From Paraspadella gotoi (taxonomy: Eukaryota; Animalia; Chaetognatha): a stretch of DNA of 64,000 bases. Both the position numbers and the translations under genes were made by a program. Numbering within the stretch: position 1 is the stretch's first letter; every line of letters starts with the position of its first letter. Shown in pieces: positions 1 to 15,176 of this stretch. A model generated the notes under the pieces. It was not told the origin of the DNA and made no database searches. It saw nothing but the letters and a program-made list of their open reading frames with translations. Location of the stretch: NCBI GenBank assembly GCA_051294375.1, contig CM119270.1:4906152-4970151 (forward strand), written 5' to 3'.

Positions 1-1638
1 AGGAGAGAGAAAGATTAGAAAGAGAGAGAGTCCGAGATATAAATTAGCGAATAAAAAAGTTGTTATTTTTATCTCACTGAATAAAATTATACTTAAAATT
101 ATCTTACAAATACAATAAAATTGATAAATTATTATTCCGAATAAAATCCGTTTAATCACATGCAATATATCTAAGTAAATGGCCTAATATACTAGTAAGG
201 CGGGCAAAATTGAACACTTTTATAAAACTTTCTAGTTCTCTTTAAATTTTCTTTTTTTCTTTCTTACTAAACCTAATCGATTTCCAATATAACTTTTTGA
301 TTATTAAAGTTCAATTGGTTGTTGCTATTCTGAAGCTTTTTAAATATTTATTAAATATAATATGTTATATTTATAGTATTTTTGACTTTGGAATTGTTTG
401 CCAGGAGAAATGGAGTAGGTTTAGAATGGAAAAAAACATAAGTCACATTTACTTGATATCTTTTAATATAATAGATTACTAATAAATGTTTTAATTAATT
501 AATGAATGTAATTAATATAATTAATGTGGAAAAAATGATGCAAGTTTTAAAAAAATCTGAAAAAAGTCATGAGAAGAATCGTCGGCAATGTGCAAGAAAA
601 AGGGAGAGAGAGAAGAGAGAGAGAGAGAGATTAGAGAGAGAGTAGAGAGAGAGAGAGAGAGAGAGATGAGAGCTAGACAGAGGAGAGAGAGAGAGAGAGA
701 GTGAGTGAGAGGAGAGAGAACTGAGGAAGGAGACATAAATAAAATAAAGAGATATTTTGGGTTTGTTTTGAATAAAATGTAAACAAACATAATTTAATAA
801 CTGTCCTAACCAATTTGTAAGGACATCGATGATGATAAAGTTGAATATAAATTTAAAATTAATTTATTACATATTAAACATTAATTAATTAATTAATTAA
901 TTACATTAATATCGATTAATTAATTAATTATCGTAGGCAAGATCCACCATTGTTTGCTCAAACTTGTTTTATAAATTAAAAAAAATGTTCTAATGTATTA
1001 ATGTTATTAACTTTTTTATACATTTAAAGTTTCTATCATTTCATAATTCCATCACAACCTTAAATCAATACTTAAAAATATTTCCCCCCCCACCTGCCGC
1101 CGCCGCCTCCATTTCACATTATGTCCTTGATGATAAAATATTCTTGAGGAAGAATCGAAATTATTAGATTTCCTCTCCACAAAAAAAAAAAAAAAGAAAA
1201 AAAAAGAAAAAACTTTTTTCTTTTAGCTAATATTTATTGGCCGAGACCCATCACGTTAAAGAAATAAATAAATAAATAAAGCGCGTGCGGCGTTTTGGCC
1301 GCAACAGAATTTCATTTATTCATCAACGCGGCGGAGAAAGAGAACGCAGCAGCGGCAGAGATTGCGGCATAAAGTCGCGGCAGAGGCGAAGGTAGTTGCT
1401 GCGTCTTTGCAAATAAAGGAAAGGACGAGGAGCCCGGTAAGATGTCGCATCGGATCGGACAGAGCGGACGATTCAAACAGACCCCCCCCCTCAAAAAAAA
1501 ACAAAAAAAAAAAAACTACTGGGAAATACGAATATAAAATAAAGAGTCGAATAATAAATAATAATAATACAAAAATAAATAAATTGTCGATTACAACTAC
1601 GGTTTTCGGTGCCGAAAAAAGAAAAAGACTAAATTCTA

Positions 1639-1899
<261 letters not shown>

Positions 1900-2251
1900 T
1901 CAATCAATCGGACAGATATGCGTAGAATCAATCGTTTAAACATACGCGCAAACCGTTTAAGACTTCAAACCAACCAAATCAATCCATTCGAACCAACAAT
2001 CGGTTAATCAAAAAATCAAGAATCAATACAAGTAATCAATCCATCAATCAATCAAAGGAGTTAATTAAAGAATCGATCAAATCAATCAATCAAAATCACT
2101 CCATGCAATGGAATTTCTAAATCAAAACCAATTAATAAACAGATCATCCAGTTTCCTCCAAACCAATCAATCAAATTAAAACAAAATAAAATTAAAAAAA
2201 AATAAAAATCAAATCAATCCGGTTTCCTCCAACCAATCAATCAATCAATCA

Positions 2252-2704
<453 letters not shown>

Positions 2705-3268
2705 TTATGTTAGTTTTATTTTTTTTTTTTTAAATCAAAATTCTTCGTCCGTTTGAAACAAAATCGTTTCTAAAAATAGATTTCAATTTATTTCCATCAC
2801 ACACTCACGCAGCATGCCCACTCAAAGTCACGTTAAATCAAACACACCTTCCGTCTCATCTATTGATTATACGTTTAACCAAATTATCGCTCTTCGTTTT
2901 ATCTTTAACTTCGGTCATAACAAGAGATTCATCGGATATCACACTGCATAGCTCACCATCTCCATAGTTCAGCGACGAATCGAAACAAATAAAAACCAAG
3001 ACAAGCAAGTTTTTTTTAAACAGGACAAAAAATCTGTACCGAAAGGACAGAAATAAATCTCTTTTCCACGTTTTCATTGACGAAAGTAGATTTGGAAAAA
3101 AGAAAGAGAATTAGGATTTAAGATTTCAAGATTTAATTTTTTTAAAAAGGATCTCTCCCCCCACTCTCTATTTCGAAAAAAGAAAAAAAATCGCCCCTAA
3201 TGAGATTCGTACATCCTGCTCTTGTTTTCTTGTTTTTGCTATTTATAGAACGTTTATCGCTCTCTGTC

Positions 3269-3350
<82 letters not shown>

Positions 3351-3489
3351 AGAGAGAGAGGAGAGAGAGAACGCGAGGGAAATGGAAGCGGAAAACGAAA
3401 CCGAATGATGGACCGGCGGGAGACGTATAAGAAAGAAGTAATAAAACAATTTAACGTATTAAGACAAAACAAAAAAAAAAACAAAATAA

Positions 3490-4960
3490 AACAACAAAAA
3501 ACAAAGAGACAAAACTGGGATGAAGATTGTTTTTAAAACGCCCAACCAGCCCTAATTTTCAGACGCTTGGGTCCTGAATCTTTTATCGTCTCGCTCTCCA
3601 TCCTTTTTTTTCCCTTTATTTTTTTGCCTTTTAAATTGTTAATTTGGATTCACATGCGCCGTGGTCCTCTCCGTCCATTGGAAAATTCTCCATCCCATGA
3701 AATCAAACTTCCACAAACTAAAAATACATTTTCGTCGCGTTGTTGTTGTTGTTTATTCTGGCTAATTTTTAGGGTTTTTTGTCAACACGATTTTTATGCA
3801 ATTTATTACATTTAATAAACGAGTTCACCTTAGACAGGCTTTTAAACAAGACAAATATCAATCAAGTTTATTAACTCCCTAAAGTATTCACTCGTTCTCT
3901 AACTCCGCTTCAATAATACCATATATAATACTTAAGTTTGTTTTTAGTTAAGTTTAAAAATGTTAAAAACAAAACCAAGCGCGTACGCGTCTCGCTACGT
4001 GTGGTCGACCGAGGTACTGAAAAGGAAATGGAGCAACAAACTTGGAATTGTGTGGTGAACCAAATAGAAGAATTTCGCTCGACGCGATGGGAAGCGGAAA
4101 GAAAACAATGAGATCAGGGATGGCGAGATAAAAATGGAAATAGGGTTGACGACGGAGAGAAAAGAGAAGAAAAGGGAAGAAAGGAAAAAGAAAAATAAGA
4201 AAAGATAAAAATGGGAGAAGAAAANNNNNNNNNNNNNNNNNNNNNNNNNAAAAAAAAACAAACAAAAAACAAAGAGACAAAACTGGGATGAGATTGTTTT
4301 TAAAACGCCCAACCAGCCTAATTTTTCAGACGCTTTGGTCCTGATCTTTATCGTCTCGCTCTCCATCCTTTTTTTTCCCTTTATTTTTTTCCTTTTAATT
4401 GGTTAATTTGGATTCACGCGCCGTGTCTCTCCGTCCATTGGAAATTCTCCATCCATGAAATCAACTTCCACCAAAACTAAAATACATTTTCGTCGTCGTT
4501 GTTGTTGTTGTTATTCTGGCTAATTTTTAGGGTTTTTTGTCAACCGATTTTTATGCAATTTATACATTTTATAAACGAGTTCACCTTAGACAGGCTTTTA
4601 AACAAGACAAATAATCAAGTCAAGTTTATTAACTCCTAAAGTATTCAATCGTTCTTCTAACTCGCTTCAAAATACCATATATAATACTTAAGTTTGTTTT
4701 TAGTTTAAGTTTAAATGTTAAAAACAAAACCAAGCGCGTACCGTCTCGCTACGTGTCGACCGAGGTACGAAAAGGAATGGAGCAACAACTTGGAATTGTG
4801 TGGTGACCAAATAGAGAATTTCGCTCGACCGATGGGAAGGGAAAGAAACAATGAGATCAGGGAATGGGAGATAAAATGGAAAAGGGTTGACGACGGAGAA
4901 GAAAAAGAGAAGAAAAGGGAAGAAAAGGGAAAAAGGGAAAATAGAAAAAAAAGATAAAAA
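3490..4960. repeat. ~730-bp direct duplication across a 25-N gap (4225-4249)
   Basis: 3490-4224 is near-identical to 4250-4960 apart from small indels; likely a gap-filling overlap artefact. Confidence 0.85.
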
Positions 4961-5112
4961 TGGAGAGAAAATGGAAAATGGTTGATGGGAGAGAAGAAAA
5001 AGGGAAAAAGGGAAAATAGAAAAAAAGAGATAAATGGAGAAAAAATGTGTAGAACCAAAAAAAATTATTAATCTTTGAGACATTCATCCAGTGTTGGTTT
5101 TTAGCTCATCAT

Positions 5113-5157
<45 letters not shown>

Positions 5158-5603
5158 AGAAGAAGAGAGAGAGAGATAATTAACAACACATACACGTCCC
5201 ATTAATCGCTTAGAAGAAAAGAAATAAAAAGAAAGAAGAAAGAAAGAAAGAAAGAAAAAAAGAAAGAAAGAAGGAAAGGAAGGCATTTTCGCAGTTGACT
5301 TGAGCGATAAGAAAGAGCGAGAGAGCGAGAGAGCGAGTGGGCGACTATTAGTTAAGACTTAAGACTCAAGAAGACAAGAGACAAAAGTGAAAAGATAGAG
5401 AGGGAGTGATGGTGATGTTGATGGTGAAATTAATGAAGGAGAAACGATGGATCAATTGTCAAAAAATGAGGATGTGATTAAAATTGTGATTATTCACTGA
5501 TTCTTTGTGAATCGCAAATCGCTCTTTTCTTGCCCTAGAATAGGCGAGAGAGAGAGAGATAGAGAGAGAGAGACGGAGAGAAGAGGAGAGAGAGAGAGAG
5601 TAG

Positions 5604-5640
<37 letters not shown>

Positions 5641-5689
5641 TGTCTGTTTTTGAAGGGAGATCGATTATCGCAACGAAACAAAAAACACG

Positions 5690-6190
5690 CAAAGGAAGAG
5701 AAAGAAAGAGAAAATTCTAGAGAGGAAAGGAAAGAGAAAAGGAGGAAGGAGAAAGAAAAAGAAAATTCCAGGGAGGAAAGGAAAGTAAAGAGAAAAGGAG
5801 GAAGGAGAAAGAAGAGAAAATTCGAGGGAGAAAAGTAAAGTAAAGAGAACATGAGAAAGGAGAAAGAAAGAGAAAATTCGAGGGAGGAAAGAAAAGGAAA
5901 GAGAAAAGGAGGAAGTAGAAAAAAAGAGAAAATTCGAGGGAGGAAGGAAAGTAAAAAGAAAAGAAGGAAAAAGAAAGAAAGAGAAAATTTGAGGGAGGAA
6001 AGAAAAGGAAAGAGAAAAGGAGGAAGGGGAAAGAAAGAGAAAATTCGAGGGATGAATGAACAAGAAAGAGAAAAGGAGGAAGAAGAAAGAAAGAGAAAAA
6101 TCGAGGTATGAAAGGAAAGGAGAAAAGAGAAAAGGAGGAAGAAGAAAGAAAGAGAATCGAGGGAGGAAAGGAAAGGAGAAAAGGAGGAAG
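5690..6190. repeat. Purine-rich ~50-55 bp degenerate tandem repeat
   Basis: Recurring gagaaaattcgagggaggaaag...aaagagaaaaggaggaag, about 9 times. Confidence 0.75.
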
Positions 6191-6210
6191 GAGAGAGAGA
6201 GAGAGAGAAG

Positions 6211-6249
<39 letters not shown>

Positions 6250-7625
6250 TAAAAGAGAATGTGTTGAAAACGAAATTCCGTTTGGCGCAAGCGCAGAAAT
6301 GAGGCTTTTCGGCGGCAGCCAGTGTCAGATTAAATGGCCAGCGGGGTCGAGGGGGGCAGAGAAAAGGGAATGGGCTGAGGGTTATTGGGGTAATAGGTAT
6401 TGGGGTAAGGGGTTAAGGGGAGTGAGGGAAAGAACATAAGATGAGATAAACCGATCGTAGTCGTTGTCGTTGTTGTGGAAACGTGAAATGCAATGGAGAT
6501 GGAAAGAATTTGAAGATTCTTGACGAATAGGAAAATGATAAGAAAAGGCAAAAGAAAAAGGTAGGGAAAATGTAGGAAAAATGTAGGAACTATAAAAGAA
6601 TAAACAAAGAGAAAACTGAAAACAGTTCAAAAATGAAATTTGAAAGAAAAACAGAAAAGAGAATTGAGGAACGAATGAGACTCGAGTGAAGGAGAATAGA
6701 GATGAGCTTGAAACAACAACCTCCGTAGCCTTCAGCGCCGCTGCCGCAGCCACCCGCATCCGCCGCAGCCTCAGCCGCCGCAGCCTCAGCCCTTGCTTCC
6801 GTCATTCTCACATCCGCGACGCAATCGATACATCCTTCTCGGAATCACCGACGAACCTCGGATCACATGGAGATATATCCGGTTAGGGATGAGAAAATGG
6901 ACGACGACGACGACGACGACCACGACGATGAATTTGAATAACGAATGTATATATGTATATGTATATATAAATAAAATTACGAGGTGAAAAAAAATTAAGT
7001 CTCCGATCAGAAATCTAGTCTCGAAAGATCAGGTAAAAAATATATTCAGATTCGTGAGACATCGGGTCAGAAATCGCATCGGGTCATTTAAAAACCGGGT
7101 CAGAAATTGCGAGAATCTCAGAGAGAAATTGGGTTCCCGATTCGGGTCATAAATACGAATTCTGACGAAGAATTGAGTCGAGGAATCCAGTCACGTCTTC
7201 GGGGGAACGCGGGTCTGAAATCCAGTCACGAACTGTGAATATCACGGACCAAGCTGGCGGAAAGGGAAGGTTTCACGCTGTCGAAACTGGCGCGGTCAAT
7301 CTTTAATGGAATTAGACGCAGAGTGATGGCGAGGGTAACGTGACTCGCGTGAGTCGCATGATAATCATTGTTAAAATATTGATTCTCACTTTTGGTAAAT
7401 GTGTCACGCTGTCAGTAGACGTAGGATCCGTCACAGATCCGTGACGTGAGACGAGAATGAACTATCAATCAGGCCCAGCTTTAAACGCGCCACGACGTCA
7501 AGCAAGGATCCCATCGGTCACGCGAGAAAGAGGGAACCATCGGCCACGCCCATGAAGCGCACGTGCGTAGTTGGAGGTGCAGGAAACAGATGCGCGCCGA
7601 TTTGGAGGAGGGAGATGGGATCCGA

Positions 7626-7722
7626 ACGGACAGATGCGAGCAGAGAGGACTGATGCGGTCTGAGCGGACTGATGCGAGAAGAGAGGACGGATGCGATCTG
7701 AGCGGACTGATGCGAGAAGAGA
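7626..7722. repeat. 19-bp tandem repeat (ggactgatgcg core) with dimeric alternation
   Basis: ggacagatgcgagcagaga / ggactgatgcggtctgagc alternate over 5 units. Confidence 0.8.
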
Positions 7723-8172
7723 TGCTAACGAGAAAATGAATTGGATTAAGGGCGGGAACGGAGAGGAGCGATGGGGGAGGGGGGGAGGGAGGAAGGGAGG
7801 AAGGAAGGGAGGAAGGGAGGGAGGGAGGAGGAGCGGGATGGGGGATTAGGGGAGAAAGAAGTATAAGGAGGAGGAAGAGGAAGAGAACTACCGAGATTGA
7901 ATGTCATCGGAAATTGATTTTGGAATTGAGGTTGAGCGGATTCGGCGGAAATATTTGAATGACCATTTGGGGACCCAGAAAATCAAACTGGAAGAGAGGA
8001 TGAAAACAAAGAGAGGATATATATTTGCTTGATATACAAGATACGAATATTTATACATCAGATGTAAGTGCAGCTGAGGAAAAGGAATTGCATCGAATTG
8101 TAATCTGGAAAAAGTACTTTTCATCTAATGAAATATTTCAAGGGTCGATGGAGAGAAAAATAATAAAAGGAA

Positions 8173-8266
<94 letters not shown>

Positions 8267-11200
8267 AAAATTATTACTTTGGCGTCGCCTTTGTTTTTAA
8301 AACAAAGAGACAAATCTAGTTCTAAAGATACATACTTCTGGGATTAAACAATTGGAAAATAACAATTAATCATTGTTATAGATAGAGAGAATAAAAGAGA
8401 AGTTGAGAAAGAGAATAGAGAGTGAGAAAGAGAAAAGAGAAAAGAGAGAATGAAAGAGAAGATGAGAGAGAGAAAATTACTTCCGTTTTTAATATCGTTG
8501 CAGCCCGTTATTTTTTGACGACGACAAGCTAAAAGAGAAAGATAATGGCTAACAGTGACAAATCCTCTTATGACTGAATTAAGTATACAATTTTTTTCCT
8601 TCATCCTTGCATGTTTTCTGTTTTTTTCTCTCTCTCTNNNNNNNNNNNNNNNNNNNNNNNNNNNNNNNNNNNNNNNNNNNNNNNNNNNNNNNNNNNNNNN
8701 NNNNNNNNNNNNNNNNNNNNNNNNNNNNNNNNNNNNNNNNNNNNNNNNNNNNNNNNNNNNNNNNNNNNNNNNNNNNNNNNNNNNNCTCTCTCTCTTTCTC
8801 TCTCTCTCCCTCTTATCTCCCCCCTTTTCCCTCCCTGAAATGCCATCAATTTTTTCCTCTCGTATTGGCTTTTGTCTATTAATTTCGTATTTGGCATAGG
8901 AGAAAGAAAGGCGCTCTCTGATTGGCCGCTTTCGCCACTGCGGAAACGCTCCTCATTGGTCGAAGAGCGAAGGAGAAAATGCGGCATGAGAAACGTGAGA
9001 AGAGAATGTTAACGTCGGGGGGCGAGGGAGAAGGAAGTTTGGATAAAGAAGAAGAGAGGGAGAGGAGAGGAAAGGAAAGGACAAGGAACGATGGAACGCG
9101 AAAGGAACGGAAGAACGGAAAGGAAGAAAGGAAAGGAAAGAAAGGAAAAGGAAATAGGAAAGCGAAAGGAAAGGAAAGAAGGAAAGGAAAGGAAAGAGGA
9201 AAGGAATAACGAGAAATTACGGAGCGAGCCGAGAGATGAGCAGAGAGGAGAGCAAAGAAACGGATGCAGAGAAGACGAGAGAGAGCAGAGAGAGAAGAGG
9301 AGCAGATCGGACGAGCAGAGAAGAGACGAGAGAGATCGAGAGGATTGCGACGAGTAGAAGAGAGACGAGCAGAAGAACAGAAAGGCGCGAAAAAAAGCAC
9401 TAATGGCGAAAAAAGTTCTATATTCTATTAAAAAAGAAATAAATAAATGAATAAGTAAACGTTTTTAAAATGTAGCATATTAAGCAAAGGCATTCGAGAA
9501 AGATGAGACAATTGCGGTTGTGGCGTCGAACAAAAGTGGGAGAGAAGACGCCTGATCGTCAAAAGCAGACGGAATACGAAGCAAACAAATCAGCGAAGGC
9601 GAACAAATAAAAACTGACAAAACGAATAAATAAATTAGAGTAAAACATATTCGAGTAAAAAATTGAAAAGACGACAAGCTCAGACAAAATGCAAACTTTA
9701 AAAAAATTGGAGTTAACTCGTTAGTTTTTATTGATTATAGTTCTATAATTTTTTTGATTGTAAATGTAAAGAAAATTGCGCCTGCAATATATCTATGCAA
9801 AGGAAATAAAATTTTCTGTTTCATGCTACCGATGGCAAAGGACAAAATAAATTAGGAGGAAAGAATCTAATAAAAAGAGAAAGTAAAAGGTGAAACTGAA
9901 AACAAAATGGAGGAAAGGAAAACTGGAAAAAGTAAGAAACAAACGACATAGAGACAAATAAAAAAAAGGAAGTGAAGGAATGAAAAGAAAAGAAAAGAAA
10001 AAAAGGAGGAAGGAACAGAAAAAAAAAAAACTAAAGAAAGAAATGAAGCCGGAAGCCAAATCAAATTTACAAAGGACGCGAATTTTTGAGCGTACGTGAA
10101 GAGAAAGCGGAAAAAAGAGGAAAGCAATAAAAGCGTAATAGTCGCGAACGGGAGACCCATAAAGAAACAGAAGGGACACCGACGACGACAACGACAACGA
10201 CAACAGCGCCATACATAAGGCTTAGTCTACATGAAGAATTCCCAGTCACGAATGAATTATCTCGTTCCATTCGTTATCCCTCGAGTGACGGGAAAAGAGA
10301 AAGAGAGGGGGCGTGGGGGGGGGGAGGGAAAAATATTTTATTATAGAATGGGAATTATAAAGGAAGAATAATGGACAAAGGGGAAAAAAATAAAAAAAGG
10401 CAGTGGGAGAGTGAGTAAAAGAGGGAAAAAAAAGATAATAGGAAATATACTTTAATAAATAGTAAAAAAAAAAAAAGAAAAAGAAAATAGAAAGACGTGA
10501 TAAAAATAAAGGAAAACCAAAGTCAAAACTGAAAATAAAAGAGAAGAAATAAATTAGTTAGATAAATAACAACAACAACAACAACAACCCCGAAAAAAAG
10601 AAAACCAAATCACATTTGCTGACTTCATCAACATTTTTTTTTCGGGGGGGGGGAGCGGGAGGGGGTGGGGAACAGAGATTAGGCGTTTAAAAAACGTTGA
10701 GCGATTCGTTCGTTCGGACGGATTCTGCGAAACTATGCAAACGAAATCAATACGGACAAATGAATAGATTTGGTGCACGGAGAAAGGGGAAGATTTGGGG
10801 CACGGACAAAGGAGAACAAATGTAAGTCGCACGTGATTGAGAATGACTCTGAGCCAAGCGTTGTCGGGAGGAAAACTGGCAGTTTAGATGATACTGAAAA
10901 TAAAAGAAGGAAAAAAAAACAAACAAAATTTCAAGGTACCATAGATTTTACTTTTAGATGAACAATAGAAAACATATTTAAAAGGGAATGTTACTACCAA
11001 CATTTTTTAAAATTTATATTTGATTCCTAATCGACATGGCTGCTTTGCTGGGGACCGTTGTAGGGACAAATGTGAGAGTGAGAGTGAGAGAGAGAGAGAA
11101 CTAGAGTGAGAGAGAGAGATTTGCATAAGTAATGGAAATCCAGATAAGACCAGCCACCAGAATCTGGACTTTTTTGGTGCAAAAAAAAAAAACAGTTGCT

Positions 11201-12396
11201 ATTTTTAGTTGAGGCGTGAACATTCCCAAAGCAACGTTATAAGACAATTGAGAGTCGGTCGGTCGGTTGGTCTATCCATTAATATATCTTACTTATATTT
11301 AAATAGAAATAATTTATATAATAGTAAAATAGACTTATTTCTCAACTTTCTAAATAATTGCTCTAATCTTTGTACATTTTTTAAAAAATCTGATTATCTA
11401 ACCAAAAAAATCTATATAAATAATTTATTTTTTACTGATTCGCGTAGGTTAAAGATTAGCTTAATGGATATACTATATAAAACGTTCGTTGTCAGTATAC
11501 TTATATGTTCACTTACATGATCGAAAACTACCTTAAAATATAATACAATAATGTAATAATGCGGCGCGACACCTTAGAATCAGCGTTCCTCGTTTTCTCG
11601 CGGGAAACGAGGATCGTTAATCTCGTTAGTTCAACTTGGTTAAACTGATTATCACATTATCACACGGTGATGCATTTAGAATAACGTTTGTTTATGCTGA
11701 AGTTAGCGAGAGTGGGAATCTTTCACTAACGCAATGAGTTGTATTTAAATAAAGATTGTAATTCTAATCTATTTTAAACATACAGTTTAAAACACGAAAC
11801 CCGTGTTAAAACGAATTTTGTTTGTGAATTTTTGTGACTATATGTAAGTAATATATTTTAATGGTTAAGGGTTGAATAATTAAAGTGACGCTTCGTTAAT
11901 TTCCTGTCAATTTCGCCTTAATGTGACGTCGCATTGTTCATTTGTTCAAAGCGGATAAAATTTTTCCATTAATGATAAAGCTCAGGAAAAAAAAGCGTCG
12001 TTAAAAAAAATTGTATGTTTAGCATTAAAATTTATTCAGATAATAAGAAAAAAATAAATATGAAATAGATTGTCAAAACCATTCTACTGGATGTATTATT
12101 CCCTCACAAAATTCCACGATGGAAATTCGTAAGGAACAAACTGACATTTTTTTCCCCCCATTTTTCGTTTTCAAACAACAAATTGAATCTCTGTCTCTGA
12201 CGTTAAAACTTTTTTTTTCAATCCCCGCGGCTCTAAAGGAAGAAAAAAAAACTGGATTAAAATGTATTAAAATAGATTAAAGCGAAAAAGAGAGAAAAAA
12301 TGGGGATAAAATGCTACATCAGTCGCGAGCAGACGAACGGAGCCCCGGTTTGTTTGCCCGCCGAGTTAGGGAGGAGACAAACACTGGCGGCAATGG

Positions 12397-12508
<112 letters not shown>

Positions 12509-13001
12509 GAGAGAGACGGATCAATGGAAACACAACCTATCACAAGTGGAGATGAAGCGATGCGTGACGGTATACGGGAGGGATCCTTATGAGAACCGTG
12601 GAGGAGGAGGAGGAGGAGGAAGAAGATGAGGAGGAGGAAGAGGAAAAGGGAGGAACGGCACGGAGGAGTTGAGTATGAAAGAGCGAGCACCATGGAATAA
12701 AGCGTGGGCGTGCCAAGCTGAGCAAAGTTGGATCTATAGAGTCTGGATTGCGGTCGGGAGCCGAGGACGGGAAACCTCGCCACAGTTTCGACCCATAGAG
12801 AAACTCAAAAAAGTCTTTCGATGCGAAAAAAAAAAGAAGGGTAAAGTGAATGTGGACCAGTTTTGCCTTGAGAAGGAGAGGGAGGAAGAGGAGGAGGAGG
12901 ATGAGGAGGAGGGGGAAGAGGAGGGGAGAGGGAGCTAAAAAGGGTGGAACGCGCTACTTATTTTTGCAAGGACTTGTAAAGCTAAAGTGGGCGGATCCGT
13001 A

Positions 13002-13078
<77 letters not shown>

Positions 13079-13404
13079 TCTTTTTCATCATGAGAGGATG
13101 AGAAAGACGATTTCATGCGACGCGAGTTTTCGACTTGAAAAGGAAGAAGGAACTTGATGATGATGATGATGATGACGATGATGATGATAATGAAGGAACA
13201 GAGGCTGATGATTATGATGATGATGATGATGATGATGGTTATAATTATGATGATAAAGAAAGAGTAATGAAGGTTAAACGAAAAATATTTAACTTCAACT
13301 ATAACTTATTCAAGTTATTATTTTTTTTTTTGCAAAACGAAATAAGAAAAAAACTAGAAAAATAATTATATTACTTAGAGATATTGAAAAACTTTTAAAA
13401 AAAT

Positions 13405-13632
13405 AATGACGCACGGGAAGGAAAATAAAGGAAAGAAAGAAGAAAATGACGCAAAGGATGCGTCAAAAATGACGCAGAGGAAATGATGCGTCTCAAAAAA
13501 AGGAAGTTTTAACTCGACGAATGACGTCGAGAGAAAATGGGTCAATGAAGGAAAGAGAAAATGAATGGCGCAGTCGTCGTCATGGTAACGGAAGATTTGA
13601 CGAGAGACGCATTTTCGCGTTGTCGTCCAATC
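13405..13632. promoter_or_regulatory. Candidate promoter: TGACG cluster, X-box-like motif and CCAAT
   Basis: Several ATGACGCA/ATGACGTC; GTCGTCATGGTAAC at 13576-13589; CCAAT at about 13627. Confidence 0.35.
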
Positions 13633-14614
13633 GAAGCGATGAGAAAAATAAATAGGAAAAGGAGTTTGGAGAAAATGGAAAAGATGTATATATTTGCTTT
13701 CATAATTGGATATATATGTATTTGGATATATATATTTGGATTCGTTGCCAAAAGTTGATTGGATGGAAATTGTGGGAATATATTTTTTGTAAGAAAATCG
13801 TACAATTTACACAAAGTGAAGTTCGGAGATGTATTCACATGGTTAGAAAATCTCTGGGTAAAATTAAGAAAGTTCACAAAAAAATGTCACGACTAGAAAA
13901 GTCTACATAAAATGCAGAGACAAAGCGTAAAGTTACATAATTCGATATAAACAAATATAAATAAATAAATGTTTCAAAAGTCTTTAAGTCGATAAAAGTC
14001 GTAAGAAAATTAATCAAGGAAAATAAAACGGAGAGAAAAATTCGAGCGAATCATTAAAGTAAGAAGAAAAAAAATTATTATTTGATCTAAGATCTTCTTT
14101 CTCATTTCAAGGATAATTCTTATAACCTATCTTCTTTCTCTTTGTCTCTTCTTAGTATTTCTCTTTCTCGTTCCAAGTCTAATTCGGTCAACGTTTCCCT
14201 CTCCTTATTTTTTCGCATCTTCTTAATTTCCTTACATCTCATCTCACGGAGCAAAACGTTTCTCTCTCCCATTAACATTTATATTCACTAATTGCATATA
14301 ATTCTCTAATCGTTATAAAGCACCCTATCTCATAGCTACACTCTTCCACGAGACGACTCTGGCCAAATGCCCATCCATGTTGGCCCGTCGGACGTTTTAT
14401 CGTCCTCGCCATTGGCCTCTCGTTTTGGCTTCTCTCAAGTGGCTCCCCTCCGAAACCCGATTATCATTTTCTTTCGACCTGACCCCAATCGAAATCTTCA
14501 AGTCGCTCGAATCTTGAAGAGAATCGATTACGTAAATTAGCGCCGGAGTCAACGACGACGACGACAAAGACGACGACGAAGATGACCCGTTTGGCCTCAA
14601 TGAAGACGCCGGCG

Positions 14615-14649
<35 letters not shown>

Positions 14650-14813
14650 GCTTCCTTTTTTCTCTCTCTTGTTCTCCCGCCTCTGGTTAAAAATTAAATC
14701 GGTAGATACAGTTTATTTTGTTATAACTATTATACAAATATTTCGCAAAAGAACAGCATGTTTTTCGCAGATATTGTAACCTTAAAGTTAATCCCTCATT
14801 CCAGCCCACTCAC

Positions 14814-14937
14814 ATGAATGTCGTGACAACAGGAAGTCCGATGCTGGCAGGAGATCTCAGGCGCCACTTGCGCAACTGACTTTTTTCGTTCGCGATGCAC
14901 TTCGCGAATTGCGGTCCGACACGAAGTAGCTGATCGT
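14814..14937 (-). CDS. Aldo-keto reductase exon (noisy)
   Basis: ttgcag ... |gtgagt; approximate reading LLRDPAIREVASRxxKSVAQVALRxLxQHRxPVVT, matching AKR LLEDPxIxxIAxKHxKTxAQVxLRxxxQRxxVV. Confidence 0.55.
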
Positions 14938-15021
14938 CTGCAATTTCATGCAGTCTTTTTAAAGTTATAATTGCTCTTTTTTTCGTCAACTAAACTTCTT
15001 AGCCGTAATCTTTTACTCAAC

Positions 15022-15176
15022 CGGGATCTTTGTGTCTGAATGCCTCGGGCATCCGAAAGGGACCGTAGGCGGAGACGCGGATTCGATTTGATCGACAGAA
15101 GCGAATGATGTCCGCAAATTTTATGAAAGTTAGGATGTGACAACTCGAGTCTGAAGCAAGGCCGGTAGATGTACGC
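15022..15176 (-). CDS. Aldo-keto reductase exon (noisy)
   Basis: ctttgcag acceptor; the ORF track shows the fragments 'ELSHPNFH' and 'DIIRFCRSNRIRVSAYGPF', matching AKR QxECHPY...LIxFCxSxxIxVxAYSPLG. Confidence 0.7.

Noticed and set aside
2957-2959. ATG|gtgagc on the minus strand as calmodulin exon 1
   Set aside because: The required 31-nt ADQLTEEQIA exon is absent between it and the exon at 2418, and a direct join would be out of phase.
6686-6886. GC-rich Ala/Pro/Arg ORF as an exon
   Set aside because: Low-complexity (GCC/GCA) repeats, with no pyrimidine acceptor and no recognisable homology.
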